A stretch of 62,094 nucleotides of DNA, the filler included, from Globobulimina sp. (taxonomy: Eukaryota), in the NCBI GenBank assembly GCA_003354225.1. It is 27 parts of 27 records of this genome, joined end to end, with 100 filler letters (N's around TTAATTAATTAA, not from the genome) between each part and the next. Parts side by side here need not be neighbours in the genome. Positions count along the whole stretch, not along the records: positions 1 to 2,205 come from PIVH01008206.1; positions 2,306 to 4,510 come from PIVH01008207.1; positions 4,611 to 6,815 come from PIVH01008208.1; positions 6,916 to 9,120 come from PIVH01008209.1; positions 9,221 to 11,425 come from PIVH01008210.1; positions 11,526 to 13,730 come from PIVH01008211.1; 21 more parts are not named here. The stretch is one strand, 5' to 3'. Of this stretch, positions 1-11,745 are shown piece after piece; positions within the stretch are counted from its first letter, which is position 1, and each line of letters opens with the position of its first letter. A program made the translations under genes and the position numbers. The notes under the pieces were generated by a model that did no database searches, had not been told where the DNA came from, and was given only the letters and a program-made list of their open reading frames with translations.

Positions 1-1750
1 TTAATGTGCCGATTGGAGAGCTTTTATATTGTTTATTATTATTACCATTATTCATATTTTCAATTATTTGCTTATTGAATATAAACTGTGTATTATCCGT
101 TAACTTATCATTGTTAAATCTCAATAATTTATTATTTTCTTCATATCCCATCATTGTTTCCATTTTGTTGTCAATGCCAAACAAATCATTTCCACCCTCT
201 TCTTTTTCGTCCTTTACGTCGTTTGTCATAATTTCAGCCTTCATATTATTTTGAGTATTAATTATGTTGTATGTCGGAGTAATATTTAAAAATGAGAGAA
301 TTAATAAAATCATTTGTTTCGGTAATTTATACAAAAAACACTTATTTTTATTTTTATTCATTTTAAAATGTCCGATCCAAATCAATCTCTCTCGACTCCA
401 AGAAATTGTATTTATTATCCGATATATTGGCAATTTTAAAACATATAAATATTCCATATGATTTCTGCTCAAAATATTACGATTCGCTCTATTACTTTTA
501 GTTTTTAACTGTGATTTTGTATATCCACCACCAACCAACACCATATATTGTCCAATACGGACAAACGTTGTCAATGGAATATGCGGAGGAATACTATCCA
601 AATTATTCTGCCCCGTTTTGATAATATCCCATTTTCTAAGAATAATATCAAACGAAAAGATGAATGTTTCTGCAGAAAACGTGTTTTTATTAATTTTTCT
701 CTTCAATTTCTTTAATTTTTTATCAAAGTAACATGGTTTCCGTACAGGATGAATACGAAAATTTGTAGGTTTTATAGAAAATGTTAACGGGGCTCCAATA
801 AGGCCATCATATTTAATTTGTGTCCAATATAATGTATTTAAATCAAGACACCATAAATCATTCAATGTAGATACATCATAACAGCCACCAAATACATATA
901 ATTTGTCATCATTTATCCATGAATAGCATTGAGAGCGAGTGTGCGGTTTGGATCCATAAGTTTGAATCTCATCACATTCAAAGTATCCAACATCATTAAA
1001 CAATGAGTTATTTTGTGGATATCCAGTGTTTAAAAAGGTGAATTTAAACAAGTTATTAAGGTATTCATATGGTCCACCATTACACCATTGGCCGCCAAAT
1101 AAATATATTTCAAACTTATTCTGTTTCAATTTATCATCATAAATAATCCTCGACGCAGTGGAATGATAGGCTCGAACACCAATATCTGTGTTATATGCTA
1201 AAGTGAACCATTCCATATTGTCTAAAAACAGTAAACGCGAATCATTATAATTCATTTTGGAATCAAAACCGCCACAAAAGAATACAGCGTCAATGGGAGC
1301 AATATATTCTGCAGAACTGTTACAATGAGATATAAATTATAATATGTAAATTGTACAATGTATTACAATTAACTGTGCAAAGCGTTGAGTTGGTACATTG
1401 CCAAAAGTCTTTAGTTTTTTACATTTTGTGAAATCTTTTTCGATTTGATACACGTCGATTGTATCTGATTTCGTCTTGTTTCCAATTGAAAGCAGTTTCT
1501 TGTTACCAATGTCGCAAATACTATGACCTCGTAATGTTGGCACATTTTTGGCGTTGCTGTGTTTCAATAAGTACCAATTCCAATTGACTGAACATTGACA
1601 CTTTTTGTTGAAATATTTTTGGTTGTTGTTGCATTGACAAATGAGGTTCGAATATTGGGTGGTATCTTTATCTTTATTTTGTTGATAATCTACTTTCCAT
1701 TTTAATTGAATACAGTTTCTTCTTTCCACCAACTGACTTGAAGACATCAT
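1..1750 (-). CDS. Kelch-repeat protein, 2 exons (intron 1317-1373), 3' end runs off the window
   Basis: Removing a 57-nt GT..AG intron joins PTQRFA to HSAEYIAPIDAVFFCGGFD. Later Kelch blades read RAYHST..IYLFGG and RSQC..LYVFGG..LNDLWCLDL. A late motif reads WSRERLIWIGHFK..CFLYKLPKQMILLILSFL. Exon 2 is absent from the ORF track, consistent with it running off the window. Confidence 0.85.
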
Positions 1751-2205
1751 CAAAAATAAGTATCTTGTTATATACAAAAAACGTTGATTGTTAAAGCAAG
1801 TCGGCTGAATCCTTTCCGTCAGTTAGATCATGTGGTATTTTCGTATAAATGATGGACCGCCAAAACGAATGTCATACGAATATGATGTGTATGTACACTG
1901 TTTTTGCATTTATATAACCGAATTAATTCATTTATTTTCATTAAATTTCCAACAGTGGCGTTAGAACCTGGTATAAGGGGGAATTTAAGGCCAAAGAAGC
2001 GAAAGAAATTACTGTTTATTATGATGGTACCCATATGGAAGCAGCGAAATTATATGAAATTAAAATCAAGATTCCATATTTCGATCCCTGGAAATTGGGA
2101 ACAGTCGACGTGCACCAAAAGGTTATGACATCCGCGATGCCTCCGCTATTATCTAAATGTAAAAAAGATGCCCAAGCCACGGTGCAAGTTTCTGAAATCG
2201 AGCCG

Positions 2206-2305
2206 NNNNNNNNNNNNNNNNNNNNNNNNNNNNNNNNNNNNNNNNNNNNTTAATTAATTAANNNNNNNNNNNNNNNNNNNNNNNNNNNNNNNNNNNNNNN
2301 NNNNN
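2206..2305. other. Artificial contig linker (N44-TTAATTAATTAA-N44); first of 26 linkers separating 27 contigs
   Basis: The same 100-nt N/TTAATTAATTAA block recurs about every 2.3 kb. Contig lengths fall steadily from 2205 to 2201 bp. Confidence 0.99.
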
Positions 2306-2962
2306 ATTATACATATTTTCAAAATCATTGTCGCTCAGTTTCTTTTCATAATCATTGTCGTTTTTTAGGAATTCCAGGACTTTTAGAACTTTGCGTATGT
2401 ACAGAAATGAATTGCTGGGTGACAAAAACGTTATATGGTAACAAATGCGTTGCTGATTGGCAGAAAAACCTGCTCAAAACCTTGAGAAACGTTTCTATCT
2501 GCAGCGGGACAGAAGAATCGCAAAGTTCAAAAATTCCAAAAGTCTACGGATCCTAAAACATGAACGACAATGATTATGAAAATTAGTATAATTGGTTGAT
2601 ACAGATTTTGGCAAAAAGTACAACAGGTTCTTTCAGGATTTTCAGCATTAGAAATACAAAGATTTTTTGAAAGTACAAAATATTTCTATGATTTAAAAGC
2701 ACCCATACTAGTACTCAAGCATACTGTGTATGTTATTATAATGGCAAAGTCAAAAACAAACCAGTACAAACAAGTCAGTCACAACAAACAAGATTCTTAT
2801 TGCAATATTCCATTATGATCCACTGTGGTCCAATTTTTACATGCCATTAGCAGCTGCGCTAACAATCCACATTTTCATAATTACACTTAATTATAGCTTT
2901 ATACACTTTATGACATATAAAAATCTAATTTAGAGAAAACAACGCTGCGTATTTTATTAATT

Positions 2963-4510
2963 ATGATTCCAGTTTCGACCCAAATATTTGTCACATTGAT
3001 GATATTATTCAATGTCAATTGTTCTACAAACTCTGGGAGAGAAATAGGAACTTTCTTGCGCAGACTTTCAAACCACGGCGCACAGAAACCACTCATCATT
3101 TATCAACAGGATCCTGCTGAGTCTGCTGAGACTGATGCAAAACGCTGGTCAGATATTGTAGAGCTGCGCAAAAGAAATGAAATACCTGAAACCTTACTTA
3201 AACCGTTCGCTACAGCTTCAAAGCATGTCAAGGTTCTTTCTGATGAAGATATTGCTTTCATTGGATGGATCACACAGAAATTAAAACATAATTACAGGAG
3301 CAAACCATTTTTATTTAGTACTAATGATCCAAAAGGATTATTTAGCACTGATGACGAAAAACATTATAAAACTTTGTGTGAGCGATATGATAAATATGCT
3401 GGACCACGGACGGAGAACATAAAGCAGCTCGAAGCGCTTATGCGGGAGGTCATGATTTTTAAAAGAAGATATAAATCCACACAAATTGGCACTCATATCT
3501 ATCGATTAAGTGTTGATGAACTTGTTGCGATCCAGGGCTACACACTGGGACAATATCAAGACATCAACGAAGCATTAAGACAGCACAATGGAAATATTAA
3601 TGAGATCAATTTTAACGCAGATTTGCGAAGAACAATAAAGTTGATTGACTCAGCACTCTACAAAGTTATGCAAAAATATCCTCCACAGCCAACCACCTTA
3701 TTTCGTGCTCAGTTGTTAGACACACGAACAATATCAATGCTGCAGCAACCAAATGCGATAATTACTTTCAATTCATTTGTTTCTACTTCCTCTGAAAAGA
3801 AAGTTGCCAATGCATTTGACACTGGTTCTGATTCAAGTGAGGTACGCAAAGTTGAAGTGCAGATTGTTGGTGGCATTGGGGCGAGGATTCGAGATTTATC
3901 TTTATGGCTGGTAACAGATGCTGAGGTTTATGAGGATAATTCGAATGAAAATGAGATATTGCTTCCTCGCAACACAAAATTCAAAGTTCTACATGTTCTG
4001 GAAAGACAATATTTGGATTGGCATAGACAAATGAAGTCGAAGTGGAATATTAAACTGGAACAATTAACTTCAGTCCATCTGTTAAATCGGTTGAACATAG
4101 ATTATTCTGTGATATTTCCAATCGATCCCAACGAATGGCATTGGTTACAGAAATGTGAGAGTGCATCAATGGATTTCAAAATTATTTTTAAAGATGACAA
4201 AGTTCAAAATATCGCAGAAAATCATTGGTTATATGCACGTCCTGGTATTACCAGATGGCATTCATACGCATTGAGTGTTGATGAGGAGCAACCCACAGAG
4301 TTCACAATTGTATCTGCTGCTGACGGAGCTGTCAGGATAACAAATAAGAATTGGCCCAATACTCCGGCAAAAACTCTATGTTTGGCAAAGACAACTGATA
4401 CAAAGAAAGTAGGGCGCAGATTAAGAGTAATTAATGAGCGGGAATGCAATCGAAATTATCGGGGGACCCATCAGGTTTTTCTTCAGCTACCGGTTCAGTT
4501 TTCTTTGCCT
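2963..4510 (+). CDS. Putative secreted mono-ADP-ribosyltransferase (R-S-E clade, VIP2/C3-like), 3' partial
   Basis: Hydrophobic N-terminus, YT..QYQDINEALR helix, catalytic Arg in LFRAQ, FNSFVSTSS motif, and ENEILLPRNTKFKV (E-x-E). Confidence 0.9.
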
Positions 4511-4610
4511 NNNNNNNNNNNNNNNNNNNNNNNNNNNNNNNNNNNNNNNNNNNNTTAATTAATTAANNNNNNNNNNNNNNNNNNNNNNNNNNNNNNNNNN
4601 NNNNNNNNNN

Positions 4611-5370
4611 AACGTCTGTATATGGCTTGCAAACCATCCATATGCTAATTGCATATCATTATGTTCTGATACAGGAAATTATATTATTCAATTTGAAAAT
4701 AGAACCAATCACAAAATTAAAGAATAAAAATAAAAAGTAATACCACATTTTCATCATTTGGTATATTTGAAATTCTCCATCCTTTAAAACCTGGCTCTTC
4801 TTTGTTTTTACTAGTTATGATCTGATGTTCGTCATTTTTACCCACTGCATACCCATTATATTCTGAAACAATGAAAACTATACCAGGTGCTGGATGTTTA
4901 CCACCCATTAGAGTTTTTACTTTTAGTTCAATCCAAATTACTGAGGAATTCAAAGGCGAAAACTGTTTTCTTGATCGTGATAATTGTATAAAAAAACTGT
5001 ACTTGTCAAACGCTGTTGGTAGGTGGTACCACACGATGCATACAGAACGTTCCACTGTAAACCAGACGTCCGGTTTACCTTCTAAACTTTTTCATTTGCG
5101 TTTGAACCCATGTAGTACGGTTTACACCGACATTTTGTATCTCCATTTCCCAACAAAAATAAAAATTTTGAATCAACTCATGTGGTCTGGTATACCCAGC
5201 TGCAGGAGAAATATTTGTCTGGTTTACCGTGGAAACGTCTGTATATGGCTTGCAAACCATCCATATGCTAATTGCATATCATTATGTTCTGATACAGGAA
5301 ATTATATTATTCCATTTGAAAATAGAACCAATCACAAAATTAAAGAATAAAAATAAAAAGTAATACCACA
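4611..5370. repeat. 137-bp direct repeat (4611-4747 and 5234-5370)
   Basis: The two copies differ at one base, period 623 bp. The first copy starts at the contig edge. Confidence 0.95.
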
Positions 5371-5473
5371 CATTGGTTCACCCAACAAATCTAAAGCACA
5401 AACACACGAATAGAATTAAGGGGATTGGAGGGATCGAGAGGGAGTCGAAGAAATAAATAATAAAAATATGATC

Positions 5474-6759
5474 TTATTTTTTGAATTCGAACCTGAATCT
5501 TTTTTTAAAACATATAATAATAAATATTGTTATAACTGTAATACATCCGATATACAGTAATATTGCCCAAAATAAGAAAGATGATTCATCGCTTTTATCA
5601 TCATCATCATCATCATCTGTATCTTCATCAATTGGTATTGTAAAATCAATACCAACCGCACCATCAAAGTGTCTTATTTGTGATGCATATGTTGATGTAG
5701 TACCAATTAATCTTCTTCTTTGTTGAAGTACATCAAGCAATTCAATATTAAGTTGAGTATGGACATATAATTTGCTTCTCTTTATTGTTGAATCAATATT
5801 AAATGAAAACTTTACTACATTCCCATTGACAGTGTCATATAATTGAACACCACCGCCATTTGTTAAATGACGAGGAGTTCCGGATACAATTAAATGCCAC
5901 GGAAATCCTTCATCAATGACGGCGCCTTCAGTTAAACATCCACCCGAACCTAAATTTTGATTATTTATGAATAACGGTTCGTTGTTTGGATGAGTGGTAC
6001 AAACCCATATATTGTCCACTTTTAATGCAAGGATATCATATCCGAAAACTCCAAAAACATTTGAAGGAATCGCTTCAATTTGCACATATGCTTTATCTCC
6101 GATAGCATATTGATCATTTATTCCTAGTTTATGTTGAAACGAAGAATCATTAAAAAATTTCATAATTCCCGTAAATTTTAAAAGAAAAAATAAAGTTGCA
6201 GCAGGACAAAATTCTATTGCATATACAAACGGAACAGTTAATATTACCTCAACTCCATATGTCGCAATATAATCGTTGCATATCTCTGTATTGTTTGCAT
6301 TGGGATTACAACCGGTTGTGAATGCAAATGAATATATTCCGGTAAAATTCACTCTTGTACAATTTTGTTGATTTGTCAAATTTTGTTGTTGTAATATTCT
6401 TCTGGTAACATTTTGTTGTTGTTGTTGCTGTAATATTCGTCTTGTATTTGTGGAAGTAATTGTAATATGAATATACCATAATTGTGAACATAAAATTGAG
6501 CCAACGTTTAAACAATCTGTGAATGTCACTGTTATTTGGAAATGCATTAAAAGTGGCGAACTAAATAAATTTGGTTGATTCAACCTCAAAAAAGCTGTTG
6601 TTTCTGTTAATATCATTATTGTAAATCCATTTTCTGATTTATAAACAGCGATAATTGTAATGGTAAAAATGTAAATATTCGCAGATGATACGACATAAAG
6701 CCGTTGTCTTAATGCTATGCCAAATGGTATGGATAATAATTGATACGCTCGATAATAAG
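5474..6759 (-). CDS. Type I membrane protein with ZP-C-like ectodomain, 5' partial
   Basis: MKFFNDSSF..YAIGDKAYVQIE..LKVDNIWVCTTHP..GGCL..KFSF..KLYVHTQL, then RRRL, an acidic linker, a TM helix and a basic tail. The frame stays open upstream of 6616 to an AG acceptor near 6760. Confidence 0.6.
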
Positions 6760-7057
6760 CTATATATATAACACAACAAACAGATTACAAACAGATTACA
6801 ATTAATTAAACAGATNNNNNNNNNNNNNNNNNNNNNNNNNNNNNNNNNNNNNNNNNNNNTTAATTAATTAANNNNNNNNNNNNNNNNNNNNNNNNNNNNN
6901 NNNNNNNNNNNNNNNTAATCTGTAAAAAACTGTAAATTCAAAGAGTTTACAGTAAAAAACAGTAATTTCAAACTGAAAAGCAAAAAGTTAAATGTTACCT
7001 TTAACATTTTATTATTAACCTATTTTCCTTCCCATTTATCGCCATCCATGGAAGATA

Positions 7058-7120
7058 GTGATGATAGCTCAATGGGAGCATCTTATTAAAGAAGATTTGG
7101 GTTCAAATCCCATCATCACA
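7058..7120 (+). ncRNA. Shortened tRNA-like element (Pol III type), copy 1
   Basis: GTGATGA/TCATCAC acceptor stem, A box TAGCTCAATGG with GCTC/GAGC D stem, ATCTT/AAGAT stem with 7-nt loop, B box GGTTCAAATCC, followed by TTTTT. Confidence 0.7.
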
Positions 7121-7370
7121 TTTTTCTATTTTATTTTTTGTAATTTGTGTTTTGCTTTTTGAGTCTCAAAATTCTGTTTTTTTGTTTCTATTTTATTAAA
7201 TAAAACAGTTCTGGGTCTAGCTAAAAACAGCAAATAAAGTTACTTTTATGGCGTTTTTTGGTAATAAAGTAAACACAAATTATGTTTAATAAGACACAAA
7301 TTACAAAAAATTATGTTTAATAAGAGACTCAAAAAGCAAAACACAAATTACAAAAAATAAAATAGAAAAA

Positions 7371-7433
7371 TGTGATGATGGGATTTGAACCCAAATCTTC
7401 TTTAATAAGATGCTCACATTGAGCTATCATCAC
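7371..7433 (-). ncRNA. Shortened tRNA-like element, copy 2 (convergent with copy 1)
   Basis: Reverse complement of copy 1 with one D-loop change (AATGG to AATGT). Confidence 0.7.
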
Positions 7434-8628
7434 TATCTTCCATGGATGGCGATAAATGAGGCGGCTTCGCATACGATGCGGCGGGTTAAATATCATAATG
7501 AGGCGGCTTCGCGATCCATTGTTTTTGATGCTGCGAAGAGAAAAAACTTTGGCTTTGAGCTTAATGTCCTCGATCGTTTGTGTGTCGTTGGATGGATGGA
7601 TTATTATAGATAGAATTCATAGATGTAATGTTTGTATTTCCATTTTTTCCCATAAACTCAATCACAAATCCGAAAACATATATTAGTCTCAATCATCACA
7701 TTTTATTATTTTTGTTATTTAATTTCTGTTTTTTGTTTGTGTTTCTGTTGTATATGTTTGTATACTTTGTAATTTTATATATATATATTCCACAAAATAT
7801 CAAACAAAAATTATAACATGGAATTTCTGATGCTGTATTATCACTATTATGGAATTTCTGATGCTTTTTATGGGTGTTTACGAGTATAATAATTTTATGC
7901 AAGAGGTAATTTTGAAATGAATTTTTGGATATGTATATCTTGATAGATGTTTCGAAGGGACGTGAATCACTGTTTAGATCGCTTGCAGCTAAAGCCCTTC
8001 AGTACTAAACAAAGAATAGTTTCTAACTTTTAAATGGCGTGCATTACAAATTGCTTGTTATTTATTCTGGTAAAATGTATAAACTTGTTTGGTAAAAATG
8101 TCCAGAATATATTTGTTTGGTATATTTTTGTCAATGCATGCTCAGAATATATTTGTTTGGTAAAATGTGTAATATGTTATCGGTATCAATGCTCAATTTG
8201 AATAATTGCTTTTTTATATGTGCCACATTAATATGCGATTGATTTATAAGTTATTAATTGAACCCTATTTTTATTGAGATGTTGATTTTTTTTTTGTATG
8301 AATGGCTCTTTTTTTTATGTTGGGTTGATTTACGAGAATAAATAACAAGCAATTTGTAATGCACGCCATTTGAATAATGCACGCCATTTGACGCAGTGTT
8401 ATCCCATGAAAGTTGTTAATTCGTATTTGTTGTTTGTGTATGATTGGACGAAACAACGTTGCTGAATCTAATTATTTGTTGCTCGGAGTCTTTAATCCTC
8501 TGTCGGAAGGAAAGATTTATTTAAGCTGGTTTTCATCTAATGCTCCGAACTTAGTTGACATGTTCAACTTTTTATTCTCGTATGAGTATATTTTTTCATT
8601 CTCGTATGAGTATATTTTTTATTTTTGT

Positions 8629-9120
8629 TCAACTTTTTTCAACGTACATATTTATCAAATAAATTGATACACAAATTGTAATGCTACAGGTTTTGATCCA
8701 AAATTCAAATGTCTTAGTTACCAATTTCAACGCATCTTTATTTGCAGAGTGAAGCAATAAAACAAAAAAACAATGCCAAGCTATTCCGCTCACAAATAAT
8801 TGATACAGCGGATAAATGATACTTTGATGAAAAAATAAATTTAAAATAATAAATATCATCCCACTGACACCCCAAATTAAAGGAACCATTGGTTTGTATA
8901 ATATATGCACTATTTTGAGTGCTATATGTTCTCCCCACATTGCGTGCAAATATGTATTTGCAACATCAAATTTATAACACATTTCATCTTCGTTGGTGAA
9001 GATTTCTTGGTTTTGTAAAGAGTTTATTTTGGTAAATACATTCGTTTTATTTTGTTGCTGATATTTTTCAGGAGTACTAAATAATTGATGGAGTTTCTGT
9101 AATTGAATTTGAGTGATATT
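8629..9120 (-). CDS. Multi-pass membrane protein fragment, unknown family
   Basis: ORF with several hydrophobic helices; probably intron-split or degraded. Confidence 0.4.
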   Translation of the reverse strand, partial: NITQIQLQKLHQLFSTPEKYQQQNKTNVFTKINSLQNQEIFTNEDEMCYKFDVANTYLHAMWGEHIALKIVHILYKPMVPLIWGVSGMIFIILNLFFHQSIIYPLYQLFVSGIAWHCFFVLLLHSANKDALKLVTKTFEFWIKTCSITICVSIYLINMYVEKS

Positions 9121-9220
9121 NNNNNNNNNNNNNNNNNNNNNNNNNNNNNNNNNNNNNNNNNNNNTTAATTAATTAANNNNNNNNNNNNNNNNNNNNNNNN
9201 NNNNNNNNNNNNNNNNNNNN

Positions 9221-9266
9221 ATCCTCGCGCAGGTGGCAATATTCGACCGTGTGAAGTTTAATTACT
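9221..9266 (+). repeat. 46-bp sequence shared (reverse complement) with 18441-18486
   Basis: ATCCTCGCGCAGGTGGCAATATTCGACCGTGTGAAGTTTA matches exactly over 40 bp, and 45 of 46 bp overall. Both copies sit at contig starts. Confidence 0.95.
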
Positions 9267-9448
9267 GATGGCGAATGATTGCTAATTGAAAACTAAAACC
9301 AATATCCATCTCGCCGACCAATGCCACGAGTATAGGTCGTTGAGAAATTTCTGAAAGCTGTTTATCTTTAAACAGCCAAAAATAACATACATCAACATTC
9401 AACAGTCAACACACTAGCTTTTATCTTACAAGTTGTATTGATTACTAT

Positions 9449-10216
9449 TCAGATTTTCTGTCCTCTGATCCCTTTCCGTTTAGCAGGGTCGGGTCTGTTT
9501 GCCTCCTCCGCCTTGTCTGCATTCATCCAATTCAATACATACTTTAGTTCCTGTTTCAATCGTCCTTCCTTTTCCCATTTCGATGCTTCCTCCATTGCCC
9601 AGTTCAAATTTATTCTCCATCCCATTAAAGCGCCAAAACCAGTCATTGGTAAACAAAAACCAAATCTCATCCAAATGGGTGATACTCGCGACGCGTTCAT
9701 CAGTGTTAAAATGGAAACTGCTGAAACTAAGCCAATGGCTCCACCGCCAGCCGCGTAATAAATTGTTTTTTTATATATCTTTTGTGCAAATGCCCATTCT
9801 TCGTCAGAATACGGCTGATTTGGATCATATAATATTTCTCTTGTATGTATTTTTGAGCCACGAGAGCCTGTTCCAAGCACGTTTGTGTTTTGATTTTGCG
9901 CTGAAAACTGGATTGATCTGAAAAATTCCCATTTTTGGCGTCTCATATATATCCAGTATTTGATTGGTGATACAAAGCAAAATGCCATTCCACCATAAAA
10001 TAATCCCAACATTACATTGCCTCGCGAATGGTACAAGGTATGGAAAGTTATAAATGTGCCGACTGTAAAGCCCCATTTCATACTATTTAAGACATGCTTA
10101 TTTTGAAATAATGCTCGCAATGTGGATGGTGCTTTCGTGCTGTTTCCAAATGTCCCTTGTTTCAAGGGTGAACTTGGTAATTCTTTCAAAACCGGTGCTG
10201 GCATGTTTTCAACCAA
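9449..10216 (-). CDS. Hypothetical membrane protein with two Gly-rich helical hairpins
   Basis: 255-aa ORF with four hydrophobic Gly-rich segments; probable start at MPAPV. Confidence 0.6.
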   Translation of the reverse strand: MVENMPAPVLKELPSSPLKQGTFGNSTKAPSTLRALFQNKHVLNSMKWGFTVGTFITFHTLYHSRGNVMLGLFYGGMAFCFVSPIKYWIYMRRQKWEFFRSIQFSAQNQNTNVLGTGSRGSKIHTREILYDPNQPYSDEEWAFAQKIYKKTIYYAAGGGAIGLVSAVSILTLMNASRVSPIWMRFGFCLPMTGFGALMGWRINLNWAMEEASKWEKEGRLKQELKYVLNWMNADKAEEANRPDPAKRKGIRGQKI

Positions 10217-10524
10217 GAATTTTTAAGAATTTTCTGGCTTCGTAATATAACAGCTCTATGTCGAACTTCGTCAAGCATCGTTGTACCATAGTGTCAAATA
10301 TACCGTATTGTTCGGTCTTATTCTGACAAGTCGTGTGTTACCTAAAACGACAGAATCGTTTCTCCAATTTACCGCCTATAGGACAACGTTTATTCACTAT
10401 TCGGAGCATAATCGGAAACAAAAGAAACATCAAAACGCAGTACACAATGCAATATATGTCACACAAAAACAATGCTATATGTCGTACAAAAATGAAAAAT
10501 AATATATAATATAATTCCGAGATG

Positions 10525-11425
10525 TCAACAAACCACAATCCTTTTATCCCATCTATTTTGATGATTATGTTTAATAATTTGTGTTTTTGGAATATTGATT
10601 AAAATATCAATATTTGCAAACAACGAATAATTTCCTTGATTTTGTAAATCAAATAAATTTTTGTTTAGCCAATCTATTCCTTCTAAGCTCACATTCGAAC
10701 ATCCAACTAAACTGATCGTGGTCAACTTTGTTTTATTCATATATTTCTTATAAAAACTCACAATAATTTTAAATATTTCATCATTTATGGCATTTATTCT
10801 TCGCAACGATAAAACCTGCAAATTTGGACATTTTCTGCCTATCGATTCAAACAATAACTCCATTGCTTCAATGGAATAGATTCTCGGGTTTGCATTTAAC
10901 GACAAATTCTGTAAATTATCCATCTCCGTCCTTCGATGTAATAAGCTCTCAACAAATAATTCTATGTCATTAATATCCAACATATTATCATCTAATTTAA
11001 TATTTTGCAATGGGTTTACTGCAAATCGCGACAAATTACTGCACAAAATTATAGAATATAAAAATTTCATAGCACCATATTTATGAAAGTCGGATTTATT
11101 GCCATTTAAATTCAACGTATTAATATTTGCGGGAATCATTAAATATGAAATATCGTCTGAACAATAACCGTTATACGAAGATGAAGTACCTGTTACTAAC
11201 TGCGACCGATTCAATTTATTCACTGTAAACTGTTGTTGCTGTTTCTTATAAATATACGACGGCAATTTCTTCCTTTGTGCGAAGAGCAATGAGTATGATT
11301 CTTTTAACAGTAACTTTTGCTTTAAACTTAATTTCCTTTCCAAAAAACTGACATTTTGCAACTGTACTATTTGATCATAGGCCAACACAAAAAATTTGAA
11401 TTGCTGCATTTTGATCACATCATTC
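10525..11425 (-). CDS. Leucine-rich repeat protein (RNI-like), 5' partial
   Basis: LQNIKLDDNML, LQNLSLNANPRI, CPNLQVLSLRRI, LTTISLVGCSNV. Confidence 0.8.
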
Positions 11426-11525
11426 NNNNNNNNNNNNNNNNNNNNNNNNNNNNNNNNNNNNNNNNNNNNTTAATTAATTAANNNNNNNNNNNNNNNNNNN
11501 NNNNNNNNNNNNNNNNNNNNNNNNN

Positions 11526-11719
11526 CCCTACAGGATTTGTCTGCAGATGACATGAACATCATATTCAACAATCGGGTGGCAAATATTCAGAAAATATATC
11601 CGTATGTGCCGGATGTATTAAATTATATTCTTCTGCACTTTTCAAATGGTGCCAATTTGTATTATGAAAATGCAGAACAGTTGCTTGAAGACCTTGGAGA
11701 TGTACAAATCAATGCGTGA
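11526..11719 (+). CDS. C-terminus of a bacterial-type protein (resembles deltaproteobacterial Ser/Thr kinase tails)
   Basis: NRVANIQKIYPYVPDVLNYILLHFSNGANLYYE; packed closely before the next gene. The family is recalled from memory, not verified. Confidence 0.45.
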
Positions 11720-11745
11720 AATTTGGTTATTTAGAGGATGAAACT

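Larger units (their letters stand above)
7033..7458. repeat. 135-bp inverted repeat (7033-7167 / 7324-7458), one mismatch, 156-nt spacer
   Basis: Direct reverse-complement comparison of the two arms. Confidence 0.97.

Noticed and set aside
7058-7120. Functional tRNA-Leu(TAA)
   Set aside because: Only 63 nt, with no long variable arm, a 4-bp T stem and an atypical anticodon loop. Reported as tRNA-like instead.
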